Shown here piece after piece: positions 29,750 to 39,513 of a stretch of DNA of 64,000 nt. The stretch lies in the IMG/VR virus record IMGVR_UViG_3300012346_000380, positions 160,001-224,000 of that record; one strand, written 5' to 3'. The stretch's first letter is position 1. Every line of letters begins with the position of its first letter. Made by a program: the position numbers and the translations under genes. Under the pieces are notes generated by a model that worked only from the letters and a program-made list of their open reading frames with translations, was not told the DNA's origin and made no database searches. Source of the DNA: a virus (lineage: Duplodnaviria; Heunggongvirae; Uroviricota; Caudoviricetes).

Positions 29750-30319
29750 TTATTTGAATTGTTCTTTTAATTTGTACTTTTCGATAGTTGCTTTTAAAAC
29801 TCGAATATAATTAGGATCTTCTGCATAACTTGCTGACAAATATTCAAAATATTCTTGTTCAGATTTAATAGAACCTAAGTATCTTGATTGATAAAATGCA
29901 TAATCATACACAGATTCTTTCCACGATTCATAATATGCATGGTTATTTTGAGTTCCATCTGCTGTCGTAACTCTTTGCTTAGCTTCTTTCATACCAAACA
30001 AATTATTATTCTCAACAAAGATGTTAGATTTCCAGTGACCTGTCTCAACAATCGATTGAGCCATTGGAATCCAAGCAAATTTAATGTTCAAACCTTTCAT
30101 CATAGCCACTAATTTTTGGCTATTAAAGCTATCTGATTTTTTAATCAAGACTACTTTTTCATATTCTGTCAAACCATTAACAGCCTTATCGATACCTAAT
30201 CTGTAACTGTAAAATGAGGTTAAACTTATGGCTAAAACACCTAGCGATGCTGCTTTAATATATGATTTTAATTTTAAAGACTTGAAAACTAATTGATTTT
30301 TATCGTACTTATATAACAT
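29750..30319 (-). CDS. Glucosaminidase (GH73/FlgJ-like) peptidoglycan hydrolase with N-terminal TM segment
   Basis: AQSIVETGHW, NNLFGMK and YAEDPNY motifs. Confidence 0.85.
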   Translation of the reverse strand: MLYKYDKNQLVFKSLKLKSYIKAASLGVLAISLTSFYSYRLGIDKAVNGLTEYEKVVLIKKSDSFNSQKLVAMMKGLNIKFAWIPMAQSIVETGHWKSNIFVENNNLFGMKEAKQRVTTADGTQNNHAYYESWKESVYDYAFYQSRYLGSIKSEQEYFEYLSASYAEDPNYIRVLKATIEKYKLKEQFK

Positions 30320-30339
30320 AATTTAAGATTTCGTTAAAC

Positions 30340-30531
30340 TTATTTTATCATTTGCTGTGCAAATCTGGCTTCTTGTAGCCTTTTGATAAATTCTTTTTTC
30401 TCAGGCGTATCTTCAGTCCATAGAGAAGATACTTTGAATTTTTTAGCCCACTTATTAAACTCTTTGGATTCTTGTGGTTGCTTTGCTTTTTTAATTAGAG
30501 TCTTTTCCATTTTCTTCTGATTTAGATTCAA
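30340..30531 (-). CDS. Small basic hypothetical protein
   Basis: 63-aa ORF; true start may be the second Met. Confidence 0.5.
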   Translation of the reverse strand: MNLNQKKMEKTLIKKAKQPQESKEFNKWAKKFKVSSLWTEDTPEKKEFIKRLQEARFAQQMIK

Positions 30532-30671
30532 TTACTAAATATTTAATACCACTTTCGGTTTGTTTAATGGTTCCGATTTTAAATAGTGCTTCTACTATTC
30601 CTGGTCCATTTGTCATTCCTTGTTGTTGAGCCATTAAAAGTAATGTTTGCTCCATATAAATTTCTTTCATA

Positions 30672-31019
30672 TTAACAGTATTCTAAAGATTCTTCACCAA
30701 TCATATTCCACAATTCTAAATCATAACGACTATTTTTCTTACAAGCTGCGCTACAAGCTCTTTTAAGTACTTCGTAAGTTTCGCTTTTAATTTCAGTAAA
30801 ACCAAAACCAGCAACCATAAAATATCTGCGATCATAGTTAATTACATCACCAACAGAAACTGAAGGTGCATTCTGTGGTTGAAACATATTCTGACCGTAG
30901 TGAAATACTAAGTCTAATACACTAAACACATCGCCTGTAATTTCTGAAGTAGGAACTTCTACGTTACGATATTGGCCATCGTTAAATCTGAATTGTTGAA
31001 CTTGGATGATTGTATTCAT
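30672..31019 (-). CDS. Hypothetical protein with YodL-like SVSVGDVI motif
   Basis: PSVSVGDVI...YFMVAGFGF; early promoter upstream (~31044). Confidence 0.55.
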   Translation of the reverse strand: MNTIIQVQQFRFNDGQYRNVEVPTSEITGDVFSVLDLVFHYGQNMFQPQNAPSVSVGDVINYDRRYFMVAGFGFTEIKSETYEVLKRACSAACKKNSRYDLELWNMIGEESLEYC

Positions 31020-31125
31020 TTTGTTTATCTTTTAATTACATAGTAAATATACCACTAATTATTCAAATAAAAAAATTATTTAGCGTTTATTTTTCAATTA
31101 TTTTTCAATTGATTGATAACCAATA

Positions 31126-32856
31126 CTAAACTGCCTTAATTCGACTCTTAATATCTTTAGGAATACATCCAGGTTTGCTAATTAAGCTTCTAAAACAAGC
31201 ATCTAGCACATAAGTTACAGCCCAATCTTCTTTACTTCTCACAGAACGACCAACACCTTGTAAAAAACTTACACTAGTTTTCCAATCATACCAATCTGGC
31301 ATGTATTGCATCTTAGCTTTGATATGAGGACTATTCAAAGATGGATATGGTACCTTAAAGAAGACTTGGAACCTACTTGTATCATCTTTTAAGTCTAACC
31401 CTTCTAAGATAGATGGCCCAATAAGTATTCCATCGGTTGATTTTTTAAACGTCTCTAATGCGCTTGCTTTTGATTTGGAGTCATCATAAGCTATTAATCT
31501 TGAACTAATTGCGCTGTTTTCTAATATTTTTTGCGTGAATTCATAAGAACCTGAGTGGATAACGCCTCTTTGTCCAATATGTTTAGAAGCTATTTTGTCC
31601 ATGATGGCTAAAACCTTGTCAAAGTTTTGATCCTTTTCTTTCATAGACATTTTATGACGGTTAACAAAAACAATTGGTGACTTTTCATAACTAAAATCAT
31701 TAGTCAATCTAATAAACCTTGCGTTTTCAATGCCCATAATTCTCATATAAGAAGCCGGATCACCAATAGTAGCACTCATAAAGACTTTAAATTCTGCCTT
31801 TGCATGTAAGTGCTTTCTAATCATCCATTGTTCTTCAATACATGTAAATTTAGCCTCTTCTCTGTTTTGATCTATAACCATTTTATCTAGACCAACTTCA
31901 GCTATAATGTCTATGTAATCATCAAATTTGCAGTAAACATCTTTGATTCTATCAAGAGCCGTCATTGCATTTTGCCAATCTTTAGGCACTGCATTACTAT
32001 TAAATCTTTTTTTGGCTGCAGTTTTAATCTCTTGGTTCATGGACATATATTGACCTAGATATTGCTTTAAGTAACCCATGGCCTCGAAGATCTTTTTCTT
32101 ATCACGTTCATTTAACAACATCAAAACAACACTATCGATTCTGTTTTTGGTAACTTTAGGCTCTGAGAAACCCCATTTAACTAAGAAAGAGTTAACCGTT
32201 TGGATTCTTGAAGAAACATCTGAATCAATACGTGGACTAAAATGATTTTGAACAATCTCATCTACTTTATGCGCTTCATCAAAAAAGACAAAGTCTCTTT
32301 GTGCAAACGGTGAGCCGCCATCATCAGCCTTTTTATCTTCTACATAATTTCTTTGTAGCAGCCAAAATGCATAGTTAAGTAAACAAACTCTGTGGTTAAT
32401 TGCACGTTCTCTATTTTGTAAGTAATCACAGCTGCCATAACAATCAAGTTTAGAAGCTTGCTCATATCCCATACCCTTTAAACGACAATCACCTAATGAA
32501 AATGGTAAATTGTTAACAGAACATTCATAATTATCTGCACCTTTAACTGAAGGCCAATGTAATCCTAATCTGTAAAAATCTGATTCATATTGATCTTGTA
32601 ATGATAAATCACTCGTAATCAAATAACCTTGTTTGTCAAAACTTGATAAAACCAAACTTGAAGCCATGGCAATAATAGATTTACCAGTTCCTGTAGGTGC
32701 ATCTATAACAATGGTGGCTTTTGGATCTTCAAAGTATGTTTTACAAATAGCCGTGATAGTTTCTCTTTGGCCTGTACGAAATTCAAAGCCTTTGCCAAGC
32801 TTTTCTTCCTTTATAATCTGATCTAATTTCTCGTTGATTTCTTCTAGCACGTTCAC
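31126..32856 (-). CDS. DinG/XPD-family SF2 helicase
   Basis: Q motif FRTGQ, APTGTGKS, DEAH, SATI, EGLD, QGVGRSVR; Cys cluster for Fe-S. Confidence 0.9.
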   Translation of the reverse strand: MNVLEEINEKLDQIIKEEKLGKGFEFRTGQRETITAICKTYFEDPKATIVIDAPTGTGKSIIAMASSLVLSSFDKQGYLITSDLSLQDQYESDFYRLGLHWPSVKGADNYECSVNNLPFSLGDCRLKGMGYEQASKLDCYGSCDYLQNRERAINHRVCLLNYAFWLLQRNYVEDKKADDGGSPFAQRDFVFFDEAHKVDEIVQNHFSPRIDSDVSSRIQTVNSFLVKWGFSEPKVTKNRIDSVVLMLLNERDKKKIFEAMGYLKQYLGQYMSMNQEIKTAAKKRFNSNAVPKDWQNAMTALDRIKDVYCKFDDYIDIIAEVGLDKMVIDQNREEAKFTCIEEQWMIRKHLHAKAEFKVFMSATIGDPASYMRIMGIENARFIRLTNDFSYEKSPIVFVNRHKMSMKEKDQNFDKVLAIMDKIASKHIGQRGVIHSGSYEFTQKILENSAISSRLIAYDDSKSKASALETFKKSTDGILIGPSILEGLDLKDDTSRFQVFFKVPYPSLNSPHIKAKMQYMPDWYDWKTSVSFLQGVGRSVRSKEDWAVTYVLDACFRSLISKPGCIPKDIKSRIKAV

Positions 32857-32904
32857 ATATTTAAGTCTAATTTATACGTGAATCTTGTGAAAAGTTTATT
32901 GCAT

Positions 32905-32933
32905 AAAAAAAGGAACCAGTTAGATTCCTTTTT
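32905..32933 (-). terminator. Rho-independent terminator
   Basis: AAAAAGGAA-CCAGTTAGA-TTCCTTTTT. Confidence 0.55.
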
Positions 32934-32942
32934 GATTTCTTT

Positions 32943-33119
32943 TTAGGCCGGGCCACCAACTCCGAACCAAATCCAATCAGACTCTTCGTCGTCTTCGTTT
33001 AAAATAGAAATAAAATCGAATTGCTCGATAATAGCTTCTACAGTTTCAACAATTGGACCTTTTGTCTCTTTGGGCTCGATCTCAGAAGTGATGTCGACTT
33101 CTGGGATGAACTTTTCCAT
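32943..33119 (-). CDS. Small acidic protein (58 aa; not in the ORF track)
   Basis: Read manually MEKFIPEVDITSEIE...DWIWFGVGGPA; promoter motifs at 33163-33193. Confidence 0.5.
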   Translation of the reverse strand: MEKFIPEVDITSEIEPKETKGPIVETVEAIIEQFDFISILNEDDEESDWIWFGVGGPA

Positions 33120-33195
33120 AAAAGATTTAGATATTTTTTGTAGAGGATTAGAGGTTCTACTGTTTATATATTAATCTTTTTTAGAAAGTTTCAAA

Positions 33196-33627
33196 TTATT
33201 GTTGCGTTTCTTTGATTTTATCATCAATAAAATCAGTTAAATCTTTTACTGAACCTCTAAAAGCTCTAATATCTACCATTCTTTGATCTTCGCTTGGATT
33301 TCCAACGAATGTGTCTGAGTCTTTTGCTTCTAAAATTACATCATTATCAAATTTAATAGTTGGAGAAGGTGAGAATTGAGTTCCACCGTCTTGAGCTTCT
33401 AAACCATAAACGTCTTTTAACGTTTTAATAACTTTAGATTTATAAGACTTGTCTTTTAAATGAAAGTAAGTAACACTGTCATTAGGTTGATCAAGTATGC
33501 CTTTAACATAGTGTGATAATTCTTTTGCAATATATTCAGCAGCATCTCCTGCCACATTTCCATTGTATTTTGATTCTTTAATTTCCAATTCATCAACGAA
33601 TTGTTCAAATAATTTAATGTGTTCCAT
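33196..33627 (-). CDS. Leader-bearing protein
   Basis: N-terminus MEHIKLFEQFVDE. Confidence 0.7.
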   Translation of the reverse strand: MEHIKLFEQFVDELEIKESKYNGNVAGDAAEYIAKELSHYVKGILDQPNDSVTYFHLKDKSYKSKVIKTLKDVYGLEAQDGGTQFSPSPTIKFDNDVILEAKDSDTFVGNPSEDQRMVDIRAFRGSVKDLTDFIDDKIKETQQ

Positions 33628-33636
33628 TGTTTTCTA

Positions 33637-33945
33637 TTATGATTTAAATTCTTTTAATAAAGAATCTGCTAAATTAGATGCGTTTACTCTGAAGACAATT
33701 CCTGCAGCATGATGCGATTTATCCCATTCCATACAGTCTCTGAAAAAATCCATGTTGTTAAACACTGAATCGATCCATCCAGCTGATTCTTCTTTGGTAT
33801 ATGCGTCTAAAGTTTTACTATCAGGTATAAAGCTGATATAAGAACCTTTAGAGTCTTGGCTTCCCATTATTGTAAATGTAAATCCATTAGATGAAAATTT
33901 ACTAGCTTCATTAATGAATGATTCAAAGTTTGTTGTGTGTTTCAT
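33637..33945 (-). CDS. Leader-bearing protein
   Basis: N-terminus MKHTTNFESFINE. Confidence 0.7.
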   Translation of the reverse strand: MKHTTNFESFINEASKFSSNGFTFTIMGSQDSKGSYISFIPDSKTLDAYTKEESAGWIDSVFNNMDFFRDCMEWDKSHHAAGIVFRVNASNLADSLLKEFKS

Positions 33946-34232
33946 TATTTCTTTTTAAGTTCTTTTCCAAATTCTGTTAAAGCGCCATTATCATCCATAA
34001 CTCGAAAGTGTTCTCTAGAATTACCTTTAGTTAATTCAACGTGTAATCCTGGATTCATACCTCCAAGATCTTTTGGTGCCCATAATCTTACAACTGTCCA
34101 AGTTCCAGACTCTGATTTTAAAGTAACTTTATCCCATGTTGAGATTCCAGTTTCTTCTGTAAATTTTTTGGTTAATTTATCTCCAATTTGAGCTTCATTA
34201 ACAAATTCTTCGTATAGTTTTATGTGTTTCAT
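33945..34232 (-). CDS. Leader-bearing protein
   Basis: N-terminus MKHIKLYEEFVNE. Confidence 0.7.
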   Translation of the reverse strand: MKHIKLYEEFVNEAQIGDKLTKKFTEETGISTWDKVTLKSESGTWTVVRLWAPKDLGGMNPGLHVELTKGNSREHFRVMDDNGALTEFGKELKKK

Positions 34233-34238
34233 ATCTTA

Positions 34239-34787
34239 TTAATTTTTTGGCCACATCATCATTGTTCCTGGATCATTCCAAGAAAACCACCAACCTTTTT
34301 TCTCTACAGCATCAACTACATTCTTAAGTACGCCATTTTTATATTTAGCACTTTTGTTGTAGTAATCAAATATTTTGTTACCGCTTAATTCTTCTCCATT
34401 ATCTCCAGCAATCCAAATACCGTCAGTATCTCCACGTAAAAATTCTTCAGAAGTTCTAACATGTTTGATTTTGTATTTAGTTTCCATCATATCCATGATT
34501 TCTTCTCTACTAGCATCTTTAGCTTCATTAAGAGATTCTCCTAATGTTATATTGCTTTTTAATGTTTTTACAAAACATGAATCAATATTTCCAATTACAG
34601 TTGACGTATAATCATCAAGAATATCATAAAACACTTTTGCTTTCGTGAATGATACTTTAACTACAGATCCCCATCTTTCGTCATCACCGGGCGCAGTTAT
34701 AAACGATACAGGTTCTCCAATTTCAAATTGTGCTGGAAAGTTTACTTCTTCGTTTATGTATTGTTCAAATAATTTTACCTTTTTCAT
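34239..34787 (-). CDS. Leader-bearing two-segment protein
   Basis: MKKVKLFEQYINE; internal ESLNEA. Confidence 0.7.
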   Translation of the reverse strand: MKKVKLFEQYINEEVNFPAQFEIGEPVSFITAPGDDERWGSVVKVSFTKAKVFYDILDDYTSTVIGNIDSCFVKTLKSNITLGESLNEAKDASREEIMDMMETKYKIKHVRTSEEFLRGDTDGIWIAGDNGEELSGNKIFDYYNKSAKYKNGVLKNVVDAVEKKGWWFSWNDPGTMMMWPKN

Positions 34788-34789
34788 AA

Positions 34790-35371
34790 TTAAAAATCTT
34801 TACGTGAAGCTACGCTTTTTTTGTTTTTATCAAAGAATGCACCTAAGATACCAATTTGTGCAACACTAAAAGTATGTTCTCCACCATTAACTTTATCTTT
34901 AATAAAGATCATTGGTTGAATTTCAAATTGTTTGTTTGGTGTAAATTTTGCATTTAAGATAGCTTTACTAGCGCTTAATAATTCTTCCATATCTTCAGAT
35001 GTAAAAGGAATATCAAAATAGTAGATTAATCCTGTTGAAGAATCTAATGATGGTTTTTCGTCAGCCTCATTAACAATCGATTCACCAATAGCTTCTTGTG
35101 CAATCATTGCTTGAATAACATCCGCTGAAATCCATCCGGCTGCTTTAAAGAAATCATGAGCTAAATTCATCACTTTCTTTTCATCTCCGTTGGTAACTTC
35201 ATTGTCTTTACCATCTTCGTTGTTAAGATTCCATTCTTCAACCTCGTCTTCAACAGCTCTTGCTACTTTAGACGCAGATGTTATTTTTGTAGATTTTTCA
35301 TGGTAATCTGCCCAATATTTAACGTTTACTGACTCATTAATAAAGTCTTCAAATCCTTTTACGTTTTTCAT
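34790..35371 (-). CDS. Leader-bearing two-segment protein
   Basis: MKNVKGFEDFINE; internal ESIVNEA. Confidence 0.7.
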   Translation of the reverse strand: MKNVKGFEDFINESVNVKYWADYHEKSTKITSASKVARAVEDEVEEWNLNNEDGKDNEVTNGDEKKVMNLAHDFFKAAGWISADVIQAMIAQEAIGESIVNEADEKPSLDSSTGLIYYFDIPFTSEDMEELLSASKAILNAKFTPNKQFEIQPMIFIKDKVNGGEHTFSVAQIGILGAFFDKNKKSVASRKDF

Positions 35372-35673
35372 TATGATATGTATGTGTTTAGTTCGTATTT
35401 ATCACCCATTCCATATATTGAAATTCCAAGGGCTTTCTTTTGTTCTTTACCATCTTTAAAAAGAGTGATAGTAAATCTGTTTGTAAAACCATCACCTGGT
35501 TTTCTAGGACCCATGCCAATTTTAGTGGCAGTTTCTTCTTTGTCATATTCATATCCTTGTGATTCAGCATATTCTAATGCAGCCTCAACAGCCGATGTAT
35601 AACTTCTGTGGTAAATTTGGTAACTTGATTTCTTTTCAGTTACAAATTGTTCAAATAATAAAGTATGTTTCAT
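35371..35673 (-). CDS. Leader-bearing protein
   Basis: N-terminus MKHTLLFEQFVTE. Confidence 0.7.
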   Translation of the reverse strand: MKHTLLFEQFVTEKKSSYQIYHRSYTSAVEAALEYAESQGYEYDKEETATKIGMGPRKPGDGFTNRFTITLFKDGKEQKKALGISIYGMGDKYELNTYIS

Positions 35674-35674
35674 A

Positions 35675-36097
35675 TTATTTACCTAGTGCTTTTTTAACTT
35701 CTTTAACAAATTTAACTGCTCTATCAGCTGCATCTTTCATAGATTTTGCTGTAGCTTTTCTAAATTTGATTTTTAAACGAGTTTCATAAGATACTTGTTT
35801 TCCTGGTTCGTATAAAGACTGTGTGAAAACTTCCATTTTACCATCTTTGTAAATTGCCATTCTAAAATAATTAGAATTTTCTACATAACCATGAGACCAC
35901 TCAGTTTTTGGTTCAAATGAAACCAAAAGCATAATTGTATCATTACCAAAAACACCTTTACTTAAAGAGATATAACCTGGGTTTTCTTTTTCTAAAGCAT
36001 CTTTTAATATAGCAGATGCTTGTACAATATCTGTAGTTCCATCATCAAAGATTAAGGCTTCATTTACGTATTGTTCAAATAATTTTACTTTTTGCAT
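35675..36097 (-). CDS. Leader-bearing protein
   Basis: N-terminus MQKVKLFEQYVNE; late-type motif at 36119-36127. Confidence 0.7.
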   Translation of the reverse strand: MQKVKLFEQYVNEALIFDDGTTDIVQASAILKDALEKENPGYISLSKGVFGNDTIMLLVSFEPKTEWSHGYVENSNYFRMAIYKDGKMEVFTQSLYEPGKQVSYETRLKIKFRKATAKSMKDAADRAVKFVKEVKKALGK

Positions 36098-36125
36098 GAT
36101 TTAAGTTTATTTTATAGTCTATATA

Positions 36126-36578
36126 TTATTTTATTATTAAGTAATTTAAAACTTGTTCCCAGTTTTCAAAATTAGGTTGACCAAACTGAATCCATTGACC
36201 TTTGAATTCTGCAGCACCATTATTAGGTCTATCATCAATAAGATAATCACCCATTAAAAGATCCTTTCTGTGAGAAAGTATAAGTCTTTTGTGTGCTAAT
36301 TTACCCATGTGTTTTTGAACCCAACGTCTTTTAGAACTCCAAGACTCTGCATTTGACCATGGCGCTGTGCTTAAAAAGTAAACTTCGTACTGTTCCATAA
36401 GTATTTTAACAGCATCTAGAGCTCCTTCGATAGGCTCTGGATTCTCAAACAACTCTTTATCTACTGATGTTAATCTTCCTAAGTGTCTAACAGCATCTGG
36501 TCCGTGTCTTTCGATTGCGTGAGCTTCTAAATCAACCATTACTCCGTCTAAATCGATATAAACTATTTTCTTGTCCAT
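36126..36578 (-). CDS. 5'(3')-deoxyribonucleotidase (NT5C, HAD family)
   Basis: IDLDGV, LSTAPW, K..WV, HRKDLLMGDYLIDD; start moved to MDKKIV. Confidence 0.85.
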   Translation of the reverse strand: MDKKIVYIDLDGVMVDLEAHAIERHGPDAVRHLGRLTSVDKELFENPEPIEGALDAVKILMEQYEVYFLSTAPWSNAESWSSKRRWVQKHMGKLAHKRLILSHRKDLLMGDYLIDDRPNNGAAEFKGQWIQFGQPNFENWEQVLNYLIIK

Positions 36579-36666
36579 CTTCTTGTTTTTAATTATAATG
36601 TAAATATACAAAAAAAAGCCCAAATAAAAAAATATTTGAGCATTTATTTTAAAAATTTAATGATTT

Positions 36667-37386
36667 TTATGAATTGGCCTTAATCCATTCTTTACCAATA
36701 CGGTTTTGTAATGGTTTATTAAGTAATTTATTAATAGCGCCTGCCATTTTATCAAAGTGTTCAGTTCCAGAGACTGAATTGTCAACAATGATTAAGTTAT
36801 CTCCACCAAAAATAGTTTGGAAGTGACCTATATTGTTTTGTACATTCTGCCAAATTTCTTTAACCATTTCTTCAGGTAAAGATCTTGATCTAGCTGCATT
36901 TCTTTGTAATGCAACTTCTAATGAAGTATTAACAAAAATCATATAACAATCATAACCATAAGCTTCAATTGCTCCTTTTTTAGCTGCAATTTTCTTATAA
37001 TCATCGCCTGTACCATCAATGATCATACCTAATCTACCTTCTAAGTATAATTTTTGCTTTAAAGTAGTAACTCTTTTAGCTTTACCTCTTGGCGAATCTT
37101 CACCAGATGTTAATTCTGTGAATTTCTTAGGGTCCATAGTAGCTAAATCCTTTGGATCAACTCCCATGTTCTTTAATTGTACTTCAAATGCTTGATCTGA
37201 ATTAATAACTTTAAGACCGTTTCTATATGAAATGCTTTGAATACCATTCTCAGGTACACCAAACAATTCTTCAGCAGCTCTTGATTTACCAGAACCTGGT
37301 CCTCCAGCCATGAAAAATGCCTTTAAGATATTTTTATCGTGCACACCTTCATTAATAAACTCTTCAAATAATTTAACTAGCTTCAT
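36667..37386 (-). CDS. Zeta-toxin/AAA_33-like P-loop kinase with leader
   Basis: MKLVKLFEEFINE leader; AGGPGSGKS, INSD, IIDGT, RNAARSR lid. Confidence 0.75.
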   Translation of the reverse strand: MKLVKLFEEFINEGVHDKNILKAFFMAGGPGSGKSRAAEELFGVPENGIQSISYRNGLKVINSDQAFEVQLKNMGVDPKDLATMDPKKFTELTSGEDSPRGKAKRVTTLKQKLYLEGRLGMIIDGTGDDYKKIAAKKGAIEAYGYDCYMIFVNTSLEVALQRNAARSRSLPEEMVKEIWQNVQNNIGHFQTIFGGDNLIIVDNSVSGTEHFDKMAGAINKLLNKPLQNRIGKEWIKANS

Positions 37387-37940
37387 TTTAATTTACCGTA
37401 TATTCTTTTTGTAATTCTTTTACCAGCTTTTGATAAAAATCTTGTGTAATAGCCATTTTCAGTGAATTCTGGCTTTTTATCTAATCCAACGACATCTTCA
37501 ATCATTTCTTTGTCTGTAATAACGGGAGCTTTGGCTTGACTCAATAACTCTTCCATTCTTAAAGAAGCTTCTATAAACCACCCTTTAGTATTAACTAACT
37601 GTAAAAGTTTTTTAACAATATCGGATTTAGCTTCTTTTTTACCATTAGTACCTAACAAAGCTATTTTATTGCCCCATTTAGTAGGCTTGTATATGATAAA
37701 AGCATCTGCTTGATGATCTGAGTCTACATCTTTTAAGGCAGTTGCTTTGTATTTTGCTTGCATTTCTTCCCAATCATCAGCTGATAAATCCATACCAGCA
37801 TCTAAATATGTTTTAGTGTACATAGCCCAAATTGATTCCATGCCTTCTTTGTCAATCTTCTTAAGATCCATGTCGACCCACTTATTAGAAGGTATTTCGA
37901 ATTCATTTAAGAATTGTTCAAATAATTTAACTTTCTTCAT
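37383..37940 (-). CDS. Leader-bearing protein
   Basis: N-terminus MKKVKLFEQFLNE. Confidence 0.7.
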   Translation of the reverse strand: MKKVKLFEQFLNEFEIPSNKWVDMDLKKIDKEGMESIWAMYTKTYLDAGMDLSADDWEEMQAKYKATALKDVDSDHQADAFIIYKPTKWGNKIALLGTNGKKEAKSDIVKKLLQLVNTKGWFIEASLRMEELLSQAKAPVITDKEMIEDVVGLDKKPEFTENGYYTRFLSKAGKRITKRIYGKLK

Positions 37941-37941
37941 A

Positions 37942-38292
37942 TTATTGAGGTAATCTTACCATTGTATTTCTTGTTTCACTCTTGTCTGTGTTTTTTACAA
38001 AACCATGATCTTTGTAAAACTTTTCTAATCTAGATGTTGAAGTGGCTCCAAAATCTTTAGAAGGTGTTAAGTATATTTTTAAACCTTTAGAATCAGCGTA
38101 AGTGTTAATTTGTTTCATGATTTCTGAACCAATACCTTCACCTCTTTTATCTTTTGGAATAACTATTCTTGACAACTCTAAAAATTTACCATTGTCATAA
38201 AGATCTAAGTCAATGCCATATTTGTCTTCTAAGTCTCTTAAAACAAATTGACCTTCATTGATAAATTCTTCGTATAATTTAATGTATTGCAT
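37942..38292 (-). CDS. GNAT acetyltransferase with leader
   Basis: MQYIKLYEEFINE; acetyl-CoA motif RGEGIGS and FYKDHGF. Confidence 0.8.
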   Translation of the reverse strand: MQYIKLYEEFINEGQFVLRDLEDKYGIDLDLYDNGKFLELSRIVIPKDKRGEGIGSEIMKQINTYADSKGLKIYLTPSKDFGATSTSRLEKFYKDHGFVKNTDKSETRNTMVRLPQ

Positions 38293-38293
38293 A

Positions 38294-38662
38294 TTACTCT
38301 ACCTTTCCATCATTACCATCCATTGCATCATGAACAGCGTTTAAGTTTTCTAAAGAAACAGTTAGTTGAGAATACATCCAAGATTCTAATTGTTCACCTT
38401 TAGTCATTCTGTCCTTGATCATATTTGCATAGTCTGCAATTCTTTCAAGTTGACCTAAAGTCATTTCATTTAATTCAGCCAAAGTATCTCTACCTTCAGC
38501 TTCAGCCAATGATTCCTGTGCTGCTTCCCATCCTTCTTCATCTGGATAATCTTCATCACCTGGTTTTGCCGGAGCTTCACCTCTTTTTCTTTTTGCATGA
38601 ATATTAGCCCAAAGACCTTTCTTTTCATTTGCAAAATCATCAAAATTAGTTACGTGTTTCAT
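38294..38662 (-). CDS. Leader-bearing two-segment protein
   Basis: MKHVTNFDDFANE; internal ESLAEA and ELNE. Confidence 0.65.
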   Translation of the reverse strand: MKHVTNFDDFANEKKGLWANIHAKRKRGEAPAKPGDEDYPDEEGWEAAQESLAEAEGRDTLAELNEMTLGQLERIADYANMIKDRMTKGEQLESWMYSQLTVSLENLNAVHDAMDGNDGKVE

Positions 38663-39201
38663 TATAGATTAATCTTTGTTTTTGTACCATCTGGTTGGGA
38701 ATAGACTATATATTTAGGTTTAAGCTCCTTTTTAGTATCGTCTAGCATTTCAATGTATTTCTTACCTAAACCAGATTTTAAATAAGCAACTGTCATGTGT
38801 GGGTGATAGTCTGGATAATCTGTTGTGTGTGGTAATTTACTAAGTTCAGCATTACAATCGTGTAAGCTTGGACCTTCTACATCGTATTTCAACACATCAA
38901 ACTTTTCATTTTCAAAAAGAGATGCATTTGTAATCGTACAATTGCCAAAAACAAAGTTTTTAGCTATATTTTCAATCACTTCAAGTTTTACATCATCATG
39001 TAAGCCATAAAGTAATGTGCAATGCGGTTCAGTTTCTAGGCCAAATGTAGCATCTTTAGGATCTATAAAGACATCTTCTTCGTCTATTTGTTTATGTAAG
39101 TTTTCCATTTCAGGAAAATCAAAGTACAACATAGCACAACCATAATCATACACTTTTTTCTTTTCAGTCACGAATTCTTCGAATAATTTTATATGTTTCA
39201 T
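38662..39201 (-). CDS. 2H phosphoesterase (T4 57B/Acb1-like) with leader
   Basis: MKHIKLFEEFVTE; two HxT motifs, EPHCTLLYG and YHPHMTVAY. Confidence 0.75.
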   Translation of the reverse strand: MKHIKLFEEFVTEKKKVYDYGCAMLYFDFPEMENLHKQIDEEDVFIDPKDATFGLETEPHCTLLYGLHDDVKLEVIENIAKNFVFGNCTITNASLFENEKFDVLKYDVEGPSLHDCNAELSKLPHTTDYPDYHPHMTVAYLKSGLGKKYIEMLDDTKKELKPKYIVYSQPDGTKTKINL

Positions 39202-39213
39202 CTTTTAAATTTA

Positions 39214-39513
39214 TTATGCACCAAAATCTAAGTCAAGTGTATCATCCTTTTCATCATCATAATCTCCGGTTAAATCAACATCTTCTAAATCTATACCTTC
39301 AACTTTAATCTTCGGTCTAAAATGACCATCTCCGTCAAAATATGCTTTAAAGCTTCTACCAGAACCTACAGCACCGCACCAATGCATAAAAGCAAACATT
39401 TTTAAAAAATCATCTGCCGTTGATTGGTCAATATTAGAAATAGTTACATTTAAGGTAACTGTTCCGTCTTCCGCTTCTGTTAAGAAGTTTTCAAATAGTT
39501 TAATGTGTTTCAT
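39214..39513 (-). CDS. Leader-bearing protein
   Basis: N-terminus MKHIKLFENFLTE. Confidence 0.7.
   Translation of the reverse strand: MKHIKLFENFLTEAEDGTVTLNVTISNIDQSTADDFLKMFAFMHWCGAVGSGRSFKAYFDGDGHFRPKIKVEGIDLEDVDLTGDYDDEKDDTLDLDFGA

Noticed and set aside
36667-37386. Epsilon-zeta toxin-antitoxin module
   Set aside because: No recognisable antitoxin neighbour; the gene belongs to the leader-bearing array.
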